Below are positions 25,336 through 37,900 of a stretch of 64,000 nucleotides of DNA, piece by piece. Position 1 is the stretch's first letter. Each line of letters starts with the position of its first letter. Source of the DNA: Antedon mediterranea (taxonomy: Eukaryota; Animalia; Echinodermata); assembly GCF_964355755.1 (NCBI RefSeq), contig NC_092679.1, positions 12,817,432 through 12,881,431 on the forward strand, written 5' to 3'. Made by a program: the position numbers and the translations under genes. Below the pieces are notes generated by a model. That model searched no databases. It was not told the DNA's origin and saw nothing but the letters and a program-made list of their open reading frames with translations.

Positions 25336-28300
25336 TCGCCTTCTCTTTCTGCTCTTATGTTGGAAAGCATTATTTGTATGACTTGTTCTCAGTCTCTTGC
25401 TTCCGTTTCTTTGCAAGTGCACGCTTCCGGATATCTGTATATGATGACCTACACTGAAAGTGGAATTTTATATTTGATATTGGTTGGTTGGTATTCCGAA
25501 TATGTTTGACCCTTTCGGCCACGTCATCCTGACGCTCGTCGCAAGAGTTAAGGAAAGTACTTAATCCTTTGTTTGTTATATTGAAAGTCAATTCTCTGTC
25601 TGATAGCGGTCCCTTCAAACCATTGCAGATGAGACATACTTGCAAGCCTGAAGTTACTTCCATGTTCTATTAGAATATTACAGAATAAATTGGTTTACAG
25701 TATAAAATAATACATATAATAATAATAATACAGAAGGCTCGTCTGTTTAAATAATAGCCTAAATCACACTAATTCGATCATTTAAAAAACTGCTATATTT
25801 GACACTGAAGCATGGTGGTCTAGGCTAACATAGGCCTACTATATTACTAAGCACCCCTGAAGCCTAGCATTACAAGATTATCGTCAAGTTAATAAACTTT
25901 TTATTTGAGAGAATAAATACTACTTAGCCAATGCGAAGGCTACCGAACACAATGTAAGTCAGTCTAGGCCTAGCTTAAATTGCCTAGGCCTAGACTAGGC
26001 CTAGCCTAGAGGAATACTTTAATAACAGAAGGGCCTAAGAATTACAAGATAACTAATTTAAACTTTTAATAATCATAATTAATAATAGAAAGGTAACAAT
26101 TGATTTACTTGCCTTTAAACACAACTTATTTTAGTATAAATAGTAAAAAACAAGATTAATGTAGGCCAATTGTTCCAGGCCTGCATTGCTGCGTTTGAAA
26201 CTTGCCAATTACTTCCTGGTTACGCTTTCCAACTTTCAACCAATCATAAGCCTTCATCTTAAAACTATTAGAGGGCGCATAGTATAATTTGGGGATGGTA
26301 ACTTTGTAAATAATGAAACTAAAAAAAAATCATACTTAATTAAAAATATTGCGATTATTGTGCTTTTGCTCATTATTTCAGATGATTTTTATTGATATAG
26401 AATGAAACTAGCTGTACAATTTGTAATTTTACTCTGTTGTTATGGAAAGAAAAAATGAATTTTTGTTATGTTATTAAAAGAATTTGGATTTTTTTTTACA
26501 TAACTATATTTAACAATACTAGTAGATAGTTTTTATTTAAAAATTGATGAAAAATACAATGTTTATTATTGTAAATAAAAACTTTTGTCCCTTTTTACGG
26601 AAAAATTCTGTGTAAAATCTGTAATGTACAAATATGTATAGAAATGGTTGCTATGGCGATGGATATTTTATTTTTTTGAATTGTTTTATTCGCTTTCTAA
26701 TACCAGAGTATGTTTTTAGCAGGTTTCAATGATTGTTGGTGAGTAGTTTTGGAGAAAAGCAATTTTAACTTAAATTATCCTAAAACCATAATTCTTATGT
26801 AAAAAATGGCAGCCATTTTGATTATGCGATTTGGACATGTTCCCCCAAAGGGATTCTGGGTAATTTTGAGTTGTGACCTTCCCAAGACCTATATTTTCTA
26901 AAAATATAAAAATTAGCCGGTAGTACTTCCATTGCCACCTCATCCTTTTCTAGAGGACTTTTTGGCCATAATCTGCCCACCTAATGCAGCAAGTCTGAAC
27001 ATTTTCAGTTGGAGATAAGAATATTTCAGATAGCCTCCTGCTTCTTAAGTACATCAAAATACACACAATACACACAAAGTGTTTACAACATAAATTCATC
27101 TGACTTCTAACCCTTAGTGTTTTTGAATAAAAACAACTTCCTCAATTTGGATTATATTAATGTCTTCACATCTGTTTGCCAAGTTTCAAATCAAATTTAT
27201 TGTACCAGGAATCTAATCAAAGTTATTGAACCTGTTGGACGTGACCCAAATTCAATTTTTTTTCTGGAATTAATTATAAACTATTTATCAAAAAAAAAAT
27301 CTAATACAAATATTAAGACCTAGCCTACCTCAATTTTGTATAAGATACAGCCTGCAATTAATAGACTTCCCTTTGTACAAACAAACCCTTTGACAAGAGG
27401 TCTGTGTTTTTGTTCTTACTGCGTACGCGTGTAGTGCCCTGGTATTAACTGACCAATCGCAACTATTCTTTCCACCTGAGATTTCACAAGGTTCACGTAT
27501 GTGTGTGAAAACATAGTAATAAGTCGGGAGATCAACCTGGTTACAACTTGTAATAATTTAGGCAGATGTAAAAAGGGTACAAGCCTACATTAGGCCTCTC
27601 ATTGTACAAACTGCATTTTTAGTTAAAACAGAATACAAACTTCTAGAAGGATTATAAAACATAAAAATGGCTTAAAATGAGTGCATGAGTAACTTTGTCT
27701 TTGCATACATCAATCTTCCCCTTGCACAAATCTCACCTGAAAAACTCCTGGTAGTAGTTATATATGACATTTGGGAAGGTTCATCTTTTCCAATCCGCCC
27801 ATAGGAACCAAGTGGAGATAAGTTATTATTTTCTTGTAATCAAGGCCTGTTTAAATTTAGATGAGTTATTATTTACAATGTATACATGCGTTTGTTTTAT
27901 ATGCCCTTACGCATGTTTGCTATACTTTTCTACTATATTTTTCCACATGTTTAGTTTATATTAATATTTATTTTTAACTTATAAGTTTATAATGTAATTT
28001 TGTTTTTTTAAATGCTTAATTTGAGAAACATTCCAATATGTAAAACCTTGAATACACCTGTTTTTAATGTTGTAGGTCTTCTTTAAAATATTCTATCACC
28101 AGCTGGTATTTTAAAAAGACAATTATATCTTGGGGTTATATGCTGCTTGACACTTGTTCTAGCCAAATTGCCTATAGGCCCCTAGTGCAATATGTTTACA
28201 ATGCTTGTGTGTCCCTTGTTAATGCCTTTTATTACATTGTCTGTTTCACCTGTTCTTGTACATACAATTTGTTGCCTGAGCTGTGTTTGTGATTTTATTG

Positions 28301-28877
28301 ATTTCAGGTGCTATACTTTTTAACACAATTATTAGTATTTCATGAAACATGTATTTCATTGATTTTTGTATTCAATAAAAAAAAATCTAACAAACGTAAA
28401 ATAAACGAAACTGTCTTTTTTTTTATGTATGAAAATTTCCTTTAACAGAAATACAAATATATTATTTATATTATATAAGTAATATTATATAACTAATTTA
28501 GATAAAATTGTTCTCTACATCGCATTCAAACATATTTAAATGTTTTTATTGATTCATAGTCCGTACAATGTTGAGTGTTGTCAGTACAGAAATTCACATT
28601 CAAGGAACAAGAAAACAATCTCAAATCAAAACATTTATTGCACTTTATTTCAGTACTTTCTCTTAATGTACTAGTTTTACTTAGAAGACAGATTTACCCA
28701 AAACACATTTAATATTGTATGTGTAAAAAGTATTCTACAGAAATTTACAATTCTAACATAACTTAGTGTAATATTATACAGGACTAATTGTAAACGAAAA
28801 AAACTTTGCATTAAGAAGTATATTGCCATCCAAGAAGGGGTACATTATTAAGGAGACTCGTAAAGCCCAGTTTCTGC
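25336..28877 (+). repeat. Local segmental duplication, copy 2 (includes second Academ right end, terminus 26983)
   Basis: duplicate ORFs MEVTSGLQVC.., MFLNKNN.., MTFGKVH.. match copy 1. Confidence 0.9.
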
Positions 28878-29118
28878 TGCTATACAACAAACGGTTTTAA
28901 AAGCATAATCACACACAATCATGATCCAAATTTGACCTCATTCAAAAGGTCACTGAATGGCGCAAACATTTGACTATGTGGATAATAATGACATCATTAC
29001 ATAAAAACAACCACAAATAATCACTAATGAAATAAAACCGTTTTATTTTTAGTGCAAAATAAGGTGTCATAGTGACAAGACAAGGGTCCTAACTTGTATT
29101 ATTAAAATCTTTCTTTAA

Positions 29119-29457
29119 AGATGTATTGTGCCCCAAAAACATGAAAAATGAAGATTAATAAAATCAGACTTTGAATAGGTTATTTTGCAGTTTTGATAAA
29201 GTTATTCACTTCCGTAGCAAAAAACGAAAGAAAAATAATGTTTTCCCTTATAAAATGACAAAATAAATGGTTAAATTCAACCAAAAATCCATTGGCTGGC
29301 AGCCAATTTTTTGCTTTAAATTAGTTTTTTCAAGTAAAAAATTTTTTTTTTCCAATCTAATTTTTTTGTGAAAATGGATAACTATTATGTGACATTAAAA
29401 TGCCATATTCAACAACAAAAATTTAAATAATTATTTTTTCAGGGGGACAATACATCT
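29119..29457. mobile_element. TTAA-flanked MITE (Kolobok-like)
   Basis: TTAA-AGATGTATTGT...ACAATACATCT-TTAA. Confidence 0.65.
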
Positions 29458-30476
29458 TTAAAATAACCACTAAAAAATTGTTAATTCACAGTTTGTGTAA
29501 TCAACTGAAATGAATAACTTGCACATGTGCAAATCATAAAAATGACGTCGTTGGGTATCGCTTGACATATTTAAATAGAAAAGTTCCAAATAACACCCAT
29601 GGTCAACTTTCCCTGCCTGCACACGGTCAACTGATTTAATCCGATTTATGATATACACTAAATATACCTTTTTCAATATTGTACCAAACAACCGCCAAAA
29701 CCTGCCAAAATGTCTTGTTTCGATAAAGTACATTGAAAAGATGTCCTTTTTATAGCAGATTCAGTTACAAACAATATAGGGAATTTGTAAGATTTTTAAA
29801 AATACAGAGCCATGTCCTTGCAGTACTGTTATTTCAGATCAGTTTGAAATTTTAAAAAGAACATTCCACGAAAATTTGAGCTTCAGCCGCCAATTAAATT
29901 TTATTTCTATTCTTTATAGTTCAGTAAACAGTGGATACTGTATACCAGGTTTGTGTACATTGTTTATTTTGAATGAAAAATACTAACGATCAGGCCCCAA
30001 TAATACAAGTTTTAAAAGAATTGGGTGATCCTGTCACAACTAAATAATTACTCATTATTATTACATATTCTTAAAATGCAAATGATTGAAAATGCTAATT
30101 AACATTTTAAAATGGATACAACGTTATATCAGAAAAGTGTTCCAATCATATCACTTAATCTACAAAAATGCAACTTTGACACTTAATTATTGGAAAGACA
30201 TGAAGATCAATACTGTAATAATTCATACAAAAATCTATATTATTGTTTACATTAAATCTGCAGACGCAGCTAAAATACAAGTAAAACAAGTATAGCACCA
30301 ATGAATACTACTTTAAAAAGGTGTACAAAGTTATGTACATAAACACATTGACCATCAAAAGCTACACATTTTTTTGTGTTGGCCATACATACCAGTTGGA
30401 TCCAAACTTTAAAAACCATGCAGGCAATTTCAATACCACAGTATTCAAGTCCTAACACAGTTTTAGTGTTCTCTTA

Positions 30477-30655
30477 AGCTTGGTTCCCACTAGAACGTAA
30501 CGCAAGGACGTAAACGCAACGCAATCGTTTTAACCAATGACAAGCGAAGTTATAGACAGTTAGCAATCACAAGCGAATAAGCCATCGCTTGTGATTGGTC
30601 AATTCACTTGCGTTGCGTTACGTCCTTGCGTTGCGTCGCTAGTGGGAACCACGCT
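30477..30655. mobile_element. Harbinger-like palindromic MITE, TTA TSD
   Basis: AGCTTGGTTCCCACTAG...CTAGTGGGAACCACGCT flanked by TTA on both sides. Confidence 0.75.
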
Positions 30656-30840
30656 TTACTGATGAGTCAAGTAGGAACAACATTAAATTTCTTATCCAGG
30701 AATTTTACAAGAATGGCCTTAAAATATGTATTAGAAACTAAAAATATAAACTAATACATGAAAATACACAAGTTTGGCTCTATTAATTGATTATTGACTA
30801 TTTTGTCTGTGTATCTTCATCAGTATCTATATTTTTCTTC

Positions 30841-30917
30841 AAAAACACCCTAAACTGCCGTTAAAAAAACACCCTAAACTGCCGTTAAAAAAACACCCTA
30901 AACTGCCGTTAAAAAAA
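30841..30917 (+). repeat. 24-bp minisatellite x3
   Basis: (AAAAAAACACCCTAAACTGCCGTT)3. Confidence 0.9.
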
Positions 30918-33599
30918 CTCCACACACATGGGAGATTATCACCTCTCATCATGAAAGAAGACAAGAAACCCAATTAACGAAATGATGTTTTCATCTTCAT
31001 AATTATCTGTTTTTAACTCTGTACTGTTTGGTTAAACTTATTACCTCCTTCTTACACTGTACTGCATGGATCTCCATTCTCATCCTGGTAAGTAGAGCCT
31101 AGCATACTAGGTTGAATTGCCTGTGTGCTAAATACTTCATCTGCACTCTCTTTCATCGGTGGCTCATCACCTTTGGCCTCGGCAATGTGCACAACTTTGT
31201 TTGTCTGGCCCCTTAAAAAAAAAATTAAAAAATTTGACATTATACCGTAGATATTAAGGAACAAAAATGTTATCAATTAAATGTCAAACGGTAGTGGTAA
31301 TGATGCAAAGACCTAAACTTAACAAGTAATTTTTATATATTCATAATTGTGATTAGTTAAATAATATTGAGTATTGAGAAAGTGTACTGTATGCTACCAT
31401 GTGCAAAAGATCACATTTTGATGTCCCTAGATTTCAGTTTATTCTGAAAGTATCTCAGATGGTCAGCAACTGTCAATAGAATAGAAAATTGGGGTTAATG
31501 TATTCACATGCTTATCAAAACTGGTTGTTCTGCTTGCAGCAGCCTGAAACTGACGCTTTGACACCATGCTTAGAGCACATAAATTGATTCAGTACTTTCA
31601 TTCCCACGACCTCTTCCATTGTGTCTTCACCTTATTTTAAAGGCCAGGTGCGGGCAAAAAATTTCTATTGATCATACATTCAAATAATTATCAATCTATA
31701 GTTCCTCCATGTTTCATAATTTTGGGGATTTTATTTGTGTTACAGGAGCTTGTTGAAAATAAGCACTTTCTTATCAGTGGGAGGATAGTTCAAATTACAC
31801 AGTAAAATCTCTTGTACACAAATGTTGTAAATAGAGAAACTATGAAAAATAAACGGTGTGGTAAAAATGTTATCAAATGACTAAATATAGATAATATAAC
31901 TTCTATAGCTATAATATAATTGCTATAGCAAAATTTATCCACCGTAAATCCATCATCTTTTTTCACCTTCTAGGGAGTCACCAGACATGTTATGAAAAAA
32001 GTGTTCCTGGTTTTTATAGAAAAATTTTGCCATTTTAAGGGAAATTTATGTTTTTTTGTCTTGATTTCTGTTACAATTTTTGATTTATGTACAATTAACC
32101 AGTTATTATATTTAAAAATTCATGCCTGTACCCGAGCTTTAAGGAAGTATTTCCCAATTTGAAATTTAAAAAAGATTAACTGTTGATCACAACATATTTT
32201 CCCATATTGCTTTAAATGGACACCAAATGGTTACATGGACATGGGTTCATATGGAATCGATTTAATATCAGTAGGTATATAGGTATTTTTCTTGGGACAT
32301 TCTAATCCCCAAAAATGTTACTAACATACTCTGAAAAGTCAGTAGAACAATTAAAAATGTAGTTAACCTTTATTTTAAGTAATAAAATTTAGAAATTGTT
32401 ATGAAAAAGGTACAAAAAGCCATAAAGAAAGAACAGCATGCCCTGGTTATTCTTTCTTTTTATGTAGCCAATCAGACGCGATGAAATGAGTCATGTGTGC
32501 ACTCTTTGTTTGTACTGGAGTGCAAAAAGTGCACAGAAAAAAAGCATAACAGCACTCTGCATGTAATCATACCGATCACGCTATAGACTTGCTGCACGAT
32601 TTACGAGTACAGCAGGTCCTGCACCGTGGTCCCATTTAAAAAAAAAAAACACACCAATGTATAGAATATCTTGTCTATATCCTCTATACTACTCGACTGT
32701 TTTGCTAGGCCGCAGTAGGCTAGCTAGGTGTGCGCTATTTCGGGTATTCACAATGTTATGCAACATTGTAAATACCCTCAAGTGCGCTACATCTCCACTA
32801 ACACACTCAGACTTGTGCATTATTTAGGCAAAGAGGAAAAAGCAAAGACAAAATCAAAGTGAACATGCAATGTTCATCAAAAAAGCTTCATTTTTGTTGT
32901 TTAATAATAAAATAGACAGACAACTAAAGATTGGCACTAACCGTCCCAAAGATTATTTTCATACTCAACAGAGGTTTGTTATAGTTGTAGGTTATCCATG
33001 GCATTAAAAGTCAATACATTCCAATGCCTTGCGTTTAAAACACTCTGATCAGGTCTAAGTATGTATACATTCATGACAAACGCATGACAGTTTACATCGT
33101 AAAGTTGTTTTTTGTTATTTTTATTTCATTTGATTTGTGTTTTTACTACTTTAAAATAATTTCAAACATAATTATTACACAGACAATTATCTGATTAATT
33201 TAGAATATATTGGCAACACCAAGTGAAAAAATGAAAATATGTATTTAACGTTTAGCTATTTTGCTGTCATAATTAACCTAGGTATAATTTTGGCCTGCCT
33301 ACTAATCATAGCCTTTTCATTGGTTACGGCTAAAATCACTGAGAAATCACTGGATTAGCAATAATAAATCTACCCCCACCCCCTTGCTAGGTTTAGTGAT
33401 GATCGGCGTGATCAGCCACCTAACGCTAATCCGCGGTTCAGACACAAACATATGTATGCCACTTACATAACGCTACCTTAACGTTGCGAGTCTGAACATC
33501 CCATAAGGCAATTACACAATTAACTCCAGGTCAATTGAATAACTGGTTATTGATGTCCAACACCCAGGTGGGTGATTTCCTTATTTTAAGAATGTCTTT

Positions 33600-34339
33600 G
33601 GGCCTGTTTCTGCTGCAACTGCTCAAAATACGGTATAAAACACGGTATTTTTTATACCATATTTTTTAGTACCCAGTTCCTGCTAACAATACTTCTTGGG
33701 TGGTCGTGTTAAATTTCATCCTTTTTACCCACATTGCCATTCATTTATTAAATCGATAATTAAAAGTCGCAATAAAGGAAGTTTTACGCCTCACTTTAAC
33801 AGCCTAGCCCTAGTGATGGAGATGTTGTGAGAGCACAGAAAACATTGTAATGAAGACAAGTAATTTGTTCTCTCCCCGAGTTATTGTCTTTTGCAATGTT
33901 GTACTGCTTTTGCAGGCTCTTCAGCTTTGAGTTTATACTTGCTCGTACTCCTGCTTTATTTTTTTAGAAATGTCTTTATAAATGTGGTTGTCGCTTTTAT
34001 TATCTTTTAGTTGGCCGGACATTTTAGCTTCCCCTCCCCCACACAGATTTATATAGTAAATACTGTGACGTATTCGCTCCGAATATAGGCTATATCTATA
34101 CACGTGTGTAAAACAGCTGACAGCGACAGAAAATAAAAACACAATGTTGACCTCATGTCGCAGGTAAAAAAAAATACTGTATTTTTTATTGGCAGCAGAA
34201 AAGGGTACCAAAAAATATGGTATAAATTTGTAAATACCGTATTTTATCCACAAATTTTGTGGGGAAAATACGGTATAAATACGGTATTCAAACAATACCG
34301 TATAAAATACGGTATTTTCTTGGCAGCAGAAACAGGGCC
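33600..34339. mobile_element. MITE with imperfect TIRs and AATACGGTAT subterminal motifs
   Basis: GGCCTGTTTCTGCTGC ... GCAGCAGAAACAGGGCC; TSD not clear. Confidence 0.55.
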
Positions 34340-34907
34340 TTTCTGTTGCCAAGAAATTTTTTGTATTCCCACAAAATATTAAACAGTGTAAATAAGTAGA
34401 TTCCAGTTACTTATTGCTTCCCCTCTTCCATTGTGTACATTTATTTGTTTCCTGTATAAACCTCCAAATTTGAAATTCTAAGAAAGAGTAACAATATTAT
34501 CTGTCAATCATGGAAAATTATAAGTTGCTTTATGGCCACCAAATATGGTAACATGGACATGGGTTGATTGGAATATTCGATTCAATATATATAAGGTATT
34601 TTCTATATTTTAATAAAGAAAAATGTTATCAAAAAATATTAAAAAAACTAATGGAAGAAATGAAAATGTATTTAAAATTTATTTTAAGTATTATAAATTT
34701 TTAGAAATTATTATTATGATGAAAAAGAAACAGTAAAATGCTAAAATGAGAATTTTGAGATACTCTAAACTGCAATCGCCCATTCCAAAATGATTATATA
34801 AATACACATGACTTTGGAGCTACAATCCATAATTTTGTTAGTGTTCTGATGAGACACAACCACTAGCTTAACTATATCAACCTGACATAGTTTGTAAAGG
34901 CAGAAAG

Positions 34908-37900
34908 ATGCTGGCAAGATGGTTCCTTGTGTCACTGATGGTGGCATTAACCCTCTCAGACAGCTGTGTTGTAGAAACTGAAGAACAGGATGGTGTTTCT
35001 AACATACTTGTTGTTATTAAAAAAGAATGTGGTGACGAAGGAAGCGCTTTTCAAGACACTCAAGTATTAAAAGGTAGTTATTTTAATTGTTGATGTATGT
35101 GAACAAAATGCTTTGTATTTATGATGGCATTTTAGATTGCCATAATTGCATGCATATCAAAATGTAGGCAAGGTAGAAGAGTGAATTAAGCATCATACAT
35201 TAGGCCTATTTTTGCAATGTCCCAATTCAATTCAATATTCAATAAACTTTATTGTCAAACTCATAAATGGCTTGAAACTTTGGCTGAAAGTACACAAAAT
35301 TTTCTAAAAACATTGTCGCACAAACAGTATAAAAGAATAAAATCACATAAAACAGAGAACAAGATGTTATATAAAAAAGTTAAAAGAGGACACGAAAAGT
35401 ACAAATTGAGTTAAAAATACAGATTTAAAATAATTATTGCAGTTATCGTTTCCACCTTAAATTAAAATGCCTCATAGCAGATGGGAGAAAGGATCTACGT
35501 AGGCGTTCAGTGTTCCAGCGAGGATATGTAATGCGCCCAGACCGGCTTAACGTAATGTACTGGTTAAGGGGGTGGCTAACATCTGACATAATAACTTTAA
35601 GTTTATTTGTAAGTGCGTTGTTAACAATTTCATCTGATTTCTTAATATCGTTTCCTATTATCTTTTTGGCAGATTTACTTATTCTTTGTACTTTTTTCAT
35701 GCATTGCTGGTTTAGATTGTTGAACCAAACTATTGCATTAAAGTTAAAACAGATAAAATAACAGATTCATAAAATAAAGTCAAGATCCTATTGCACACAT
35801 GAAATTTCTTCAATCTTCTCAAAAAGTAGTCGTTTATAACAATTTGTGGTAACTAACTTAGTGTTTTCCTTCCAATTAAGTTTATCATCGATTACTGTGC
35901 CTAAATACTTAAAGTTATTAACAACCTCCACTTCATCGTTTAATATACATACTGTAGCTTATCATGTGTTTTGTTACCTTTTCTAAAATCAATGATCATT
36001 TCTTTAGTCTTGTTAACATTTAATTTTAGATAGTTATTAGAACACCAAGTAGAAAAATAACTGACATCAAAATACAGGCCCGTAGCCAGGGGGGGTTTTT
36101 ATGGTTCGGGCGAACCCCCCCTTTACAGCGAACCCCCCTTAACCGACTGCGAACCCCCATCCCCGACATGCCCAATACCTCACCCTCATCTCCGAAAATC
36201 GTCCAAATACGTGCCCCACAGTACAAAAAGTTGTTCGAAAATTTCTAAGAGTTGCAAATGAATTGCCGATTTTAACCTGAAAAATAAATGTTTGGTCCCT
36301 GCATGTAACATGATATTGACGCGTCTCACAGCGAGCTGGGGCACGAACGATTCGTACAAAGGACACCGCCAGACAACTGCGTACCAATTGTTTAGATCAC
36401 TGGCAGTCAGACAGCATGCATAAAGTATATAGCCTTCCGACATACATCAGTATGTATGTGTGGCTATGAAGTGTAATGTATCATAGAGGATTATAGTGAA
36501 TATTAATATTTTACACTATAATATCTATGGTATCATGTACTGTAGTTCACATTATGGCATCCGATTATTTTTTTCTAGACCACCAGCCGATACGTACTCA
36601 AATGTATCAATATCACCTATTTACATTGGCATAATTAATTTCCTCAACAAATTGCTGTAAATAAATATTATAGATAGAGCTATAATAAGAATTGCATTTG
36701 CCTTCACCCAGTGTGCTTTTTTCGGGGCTTCTCCTAGACGTACGTTCGCATTGAACTTGAACGCAAAATGAAATACCGAGTAAATGATCAAACAATCGGC
36801 GGTTCCGCACAGAGCACGCGCATCTAACATACGGCAACAATGTTATCGTTTAAATAGTCCACGAGTCCAAGTACGATCGCTGCATTAGAGTGTCTTTTCC
36901 GGCCATCTAGGGGTGGGTGTCATTTAACAAAATTCGGTGAGTGGGGGGGGGGGGGGTGACCCAATGTCCGGACCCAATGTCCGAACCCCCCCTTGACAAA
37001 TCCTGGCTACGGCCCTGAAATATGACTTAGGGTCATCATGTTTTATCAGGCCAACTAGACCGGTGTCATCAGCGTATTTCACAGTAAAGCATTTGGTTAA
37101 AACTAGATCATCTGAACATTTAAAATCATTAGTATATAAAGAAAATAAAATAGGAGATAAAACACAACCTTGTGGTGCACCAGTATTGCACATAAGTTTT
37201 TCTGAAATATTATCATTAAAACAAACGAATTGTTCCCTATCTTTTAAAAAATCATTGATCCATAAAATAGTAGCTGGATTTATACCCAAGACATTCATTT
37301 TCTCCATTAAAATATGAGGTTGCAAAGTGTTAAAAGCAGATGAAAAATCTAAGAATAAAACTCTGGCATACGAATTTGGGCTGTCAACATGACCAAGTAT
37401 TTTATGTAATAAAGTTGTAACTGCATCTTCTACACCCCTTTTGGAATGGTAGGCAAATTGACAGGGATACAAAAGACTCTCAGTCTCACTTAAAATCACA
37501 TTCTTAATTAATTTTTCGAAACATTTTATAGGTACAGCAGTTATGGCAATGGGCCTATAGTCATTGAGAGCTTCAGGTTTATATTCTTTGATAGGAGGTA
37601 AATTAAGGAACAACAACGAAAACACTTGCGAGAGTTGCTCATTGCACTCTTTCTGAGTTCCCATGATGTAGCTTACTTTTTTAAAAGCTTTCCACATTAG
37701 AATGGGCAATCACTCTTGCAAATAGGCTTATAAGGCCATTTCACAGAGCTGTTCACATCTGGCAATTTTTTTGAAAGTGCATGATTAAACTAATTGATTA
37801 ATATATTTATGATTGTCAAATGTTTTTTTACGTCAATATTTAGGGTCGACCTGTACTCCAGAAAATATGGTATTGTAGTCTTCACACACATAAATTAAAA

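Noticed and set aside
33933-34352. 139-aa minus-strand ORF
   Set aside because: Runs through repetitive MITE subterminal sequence; biased composition
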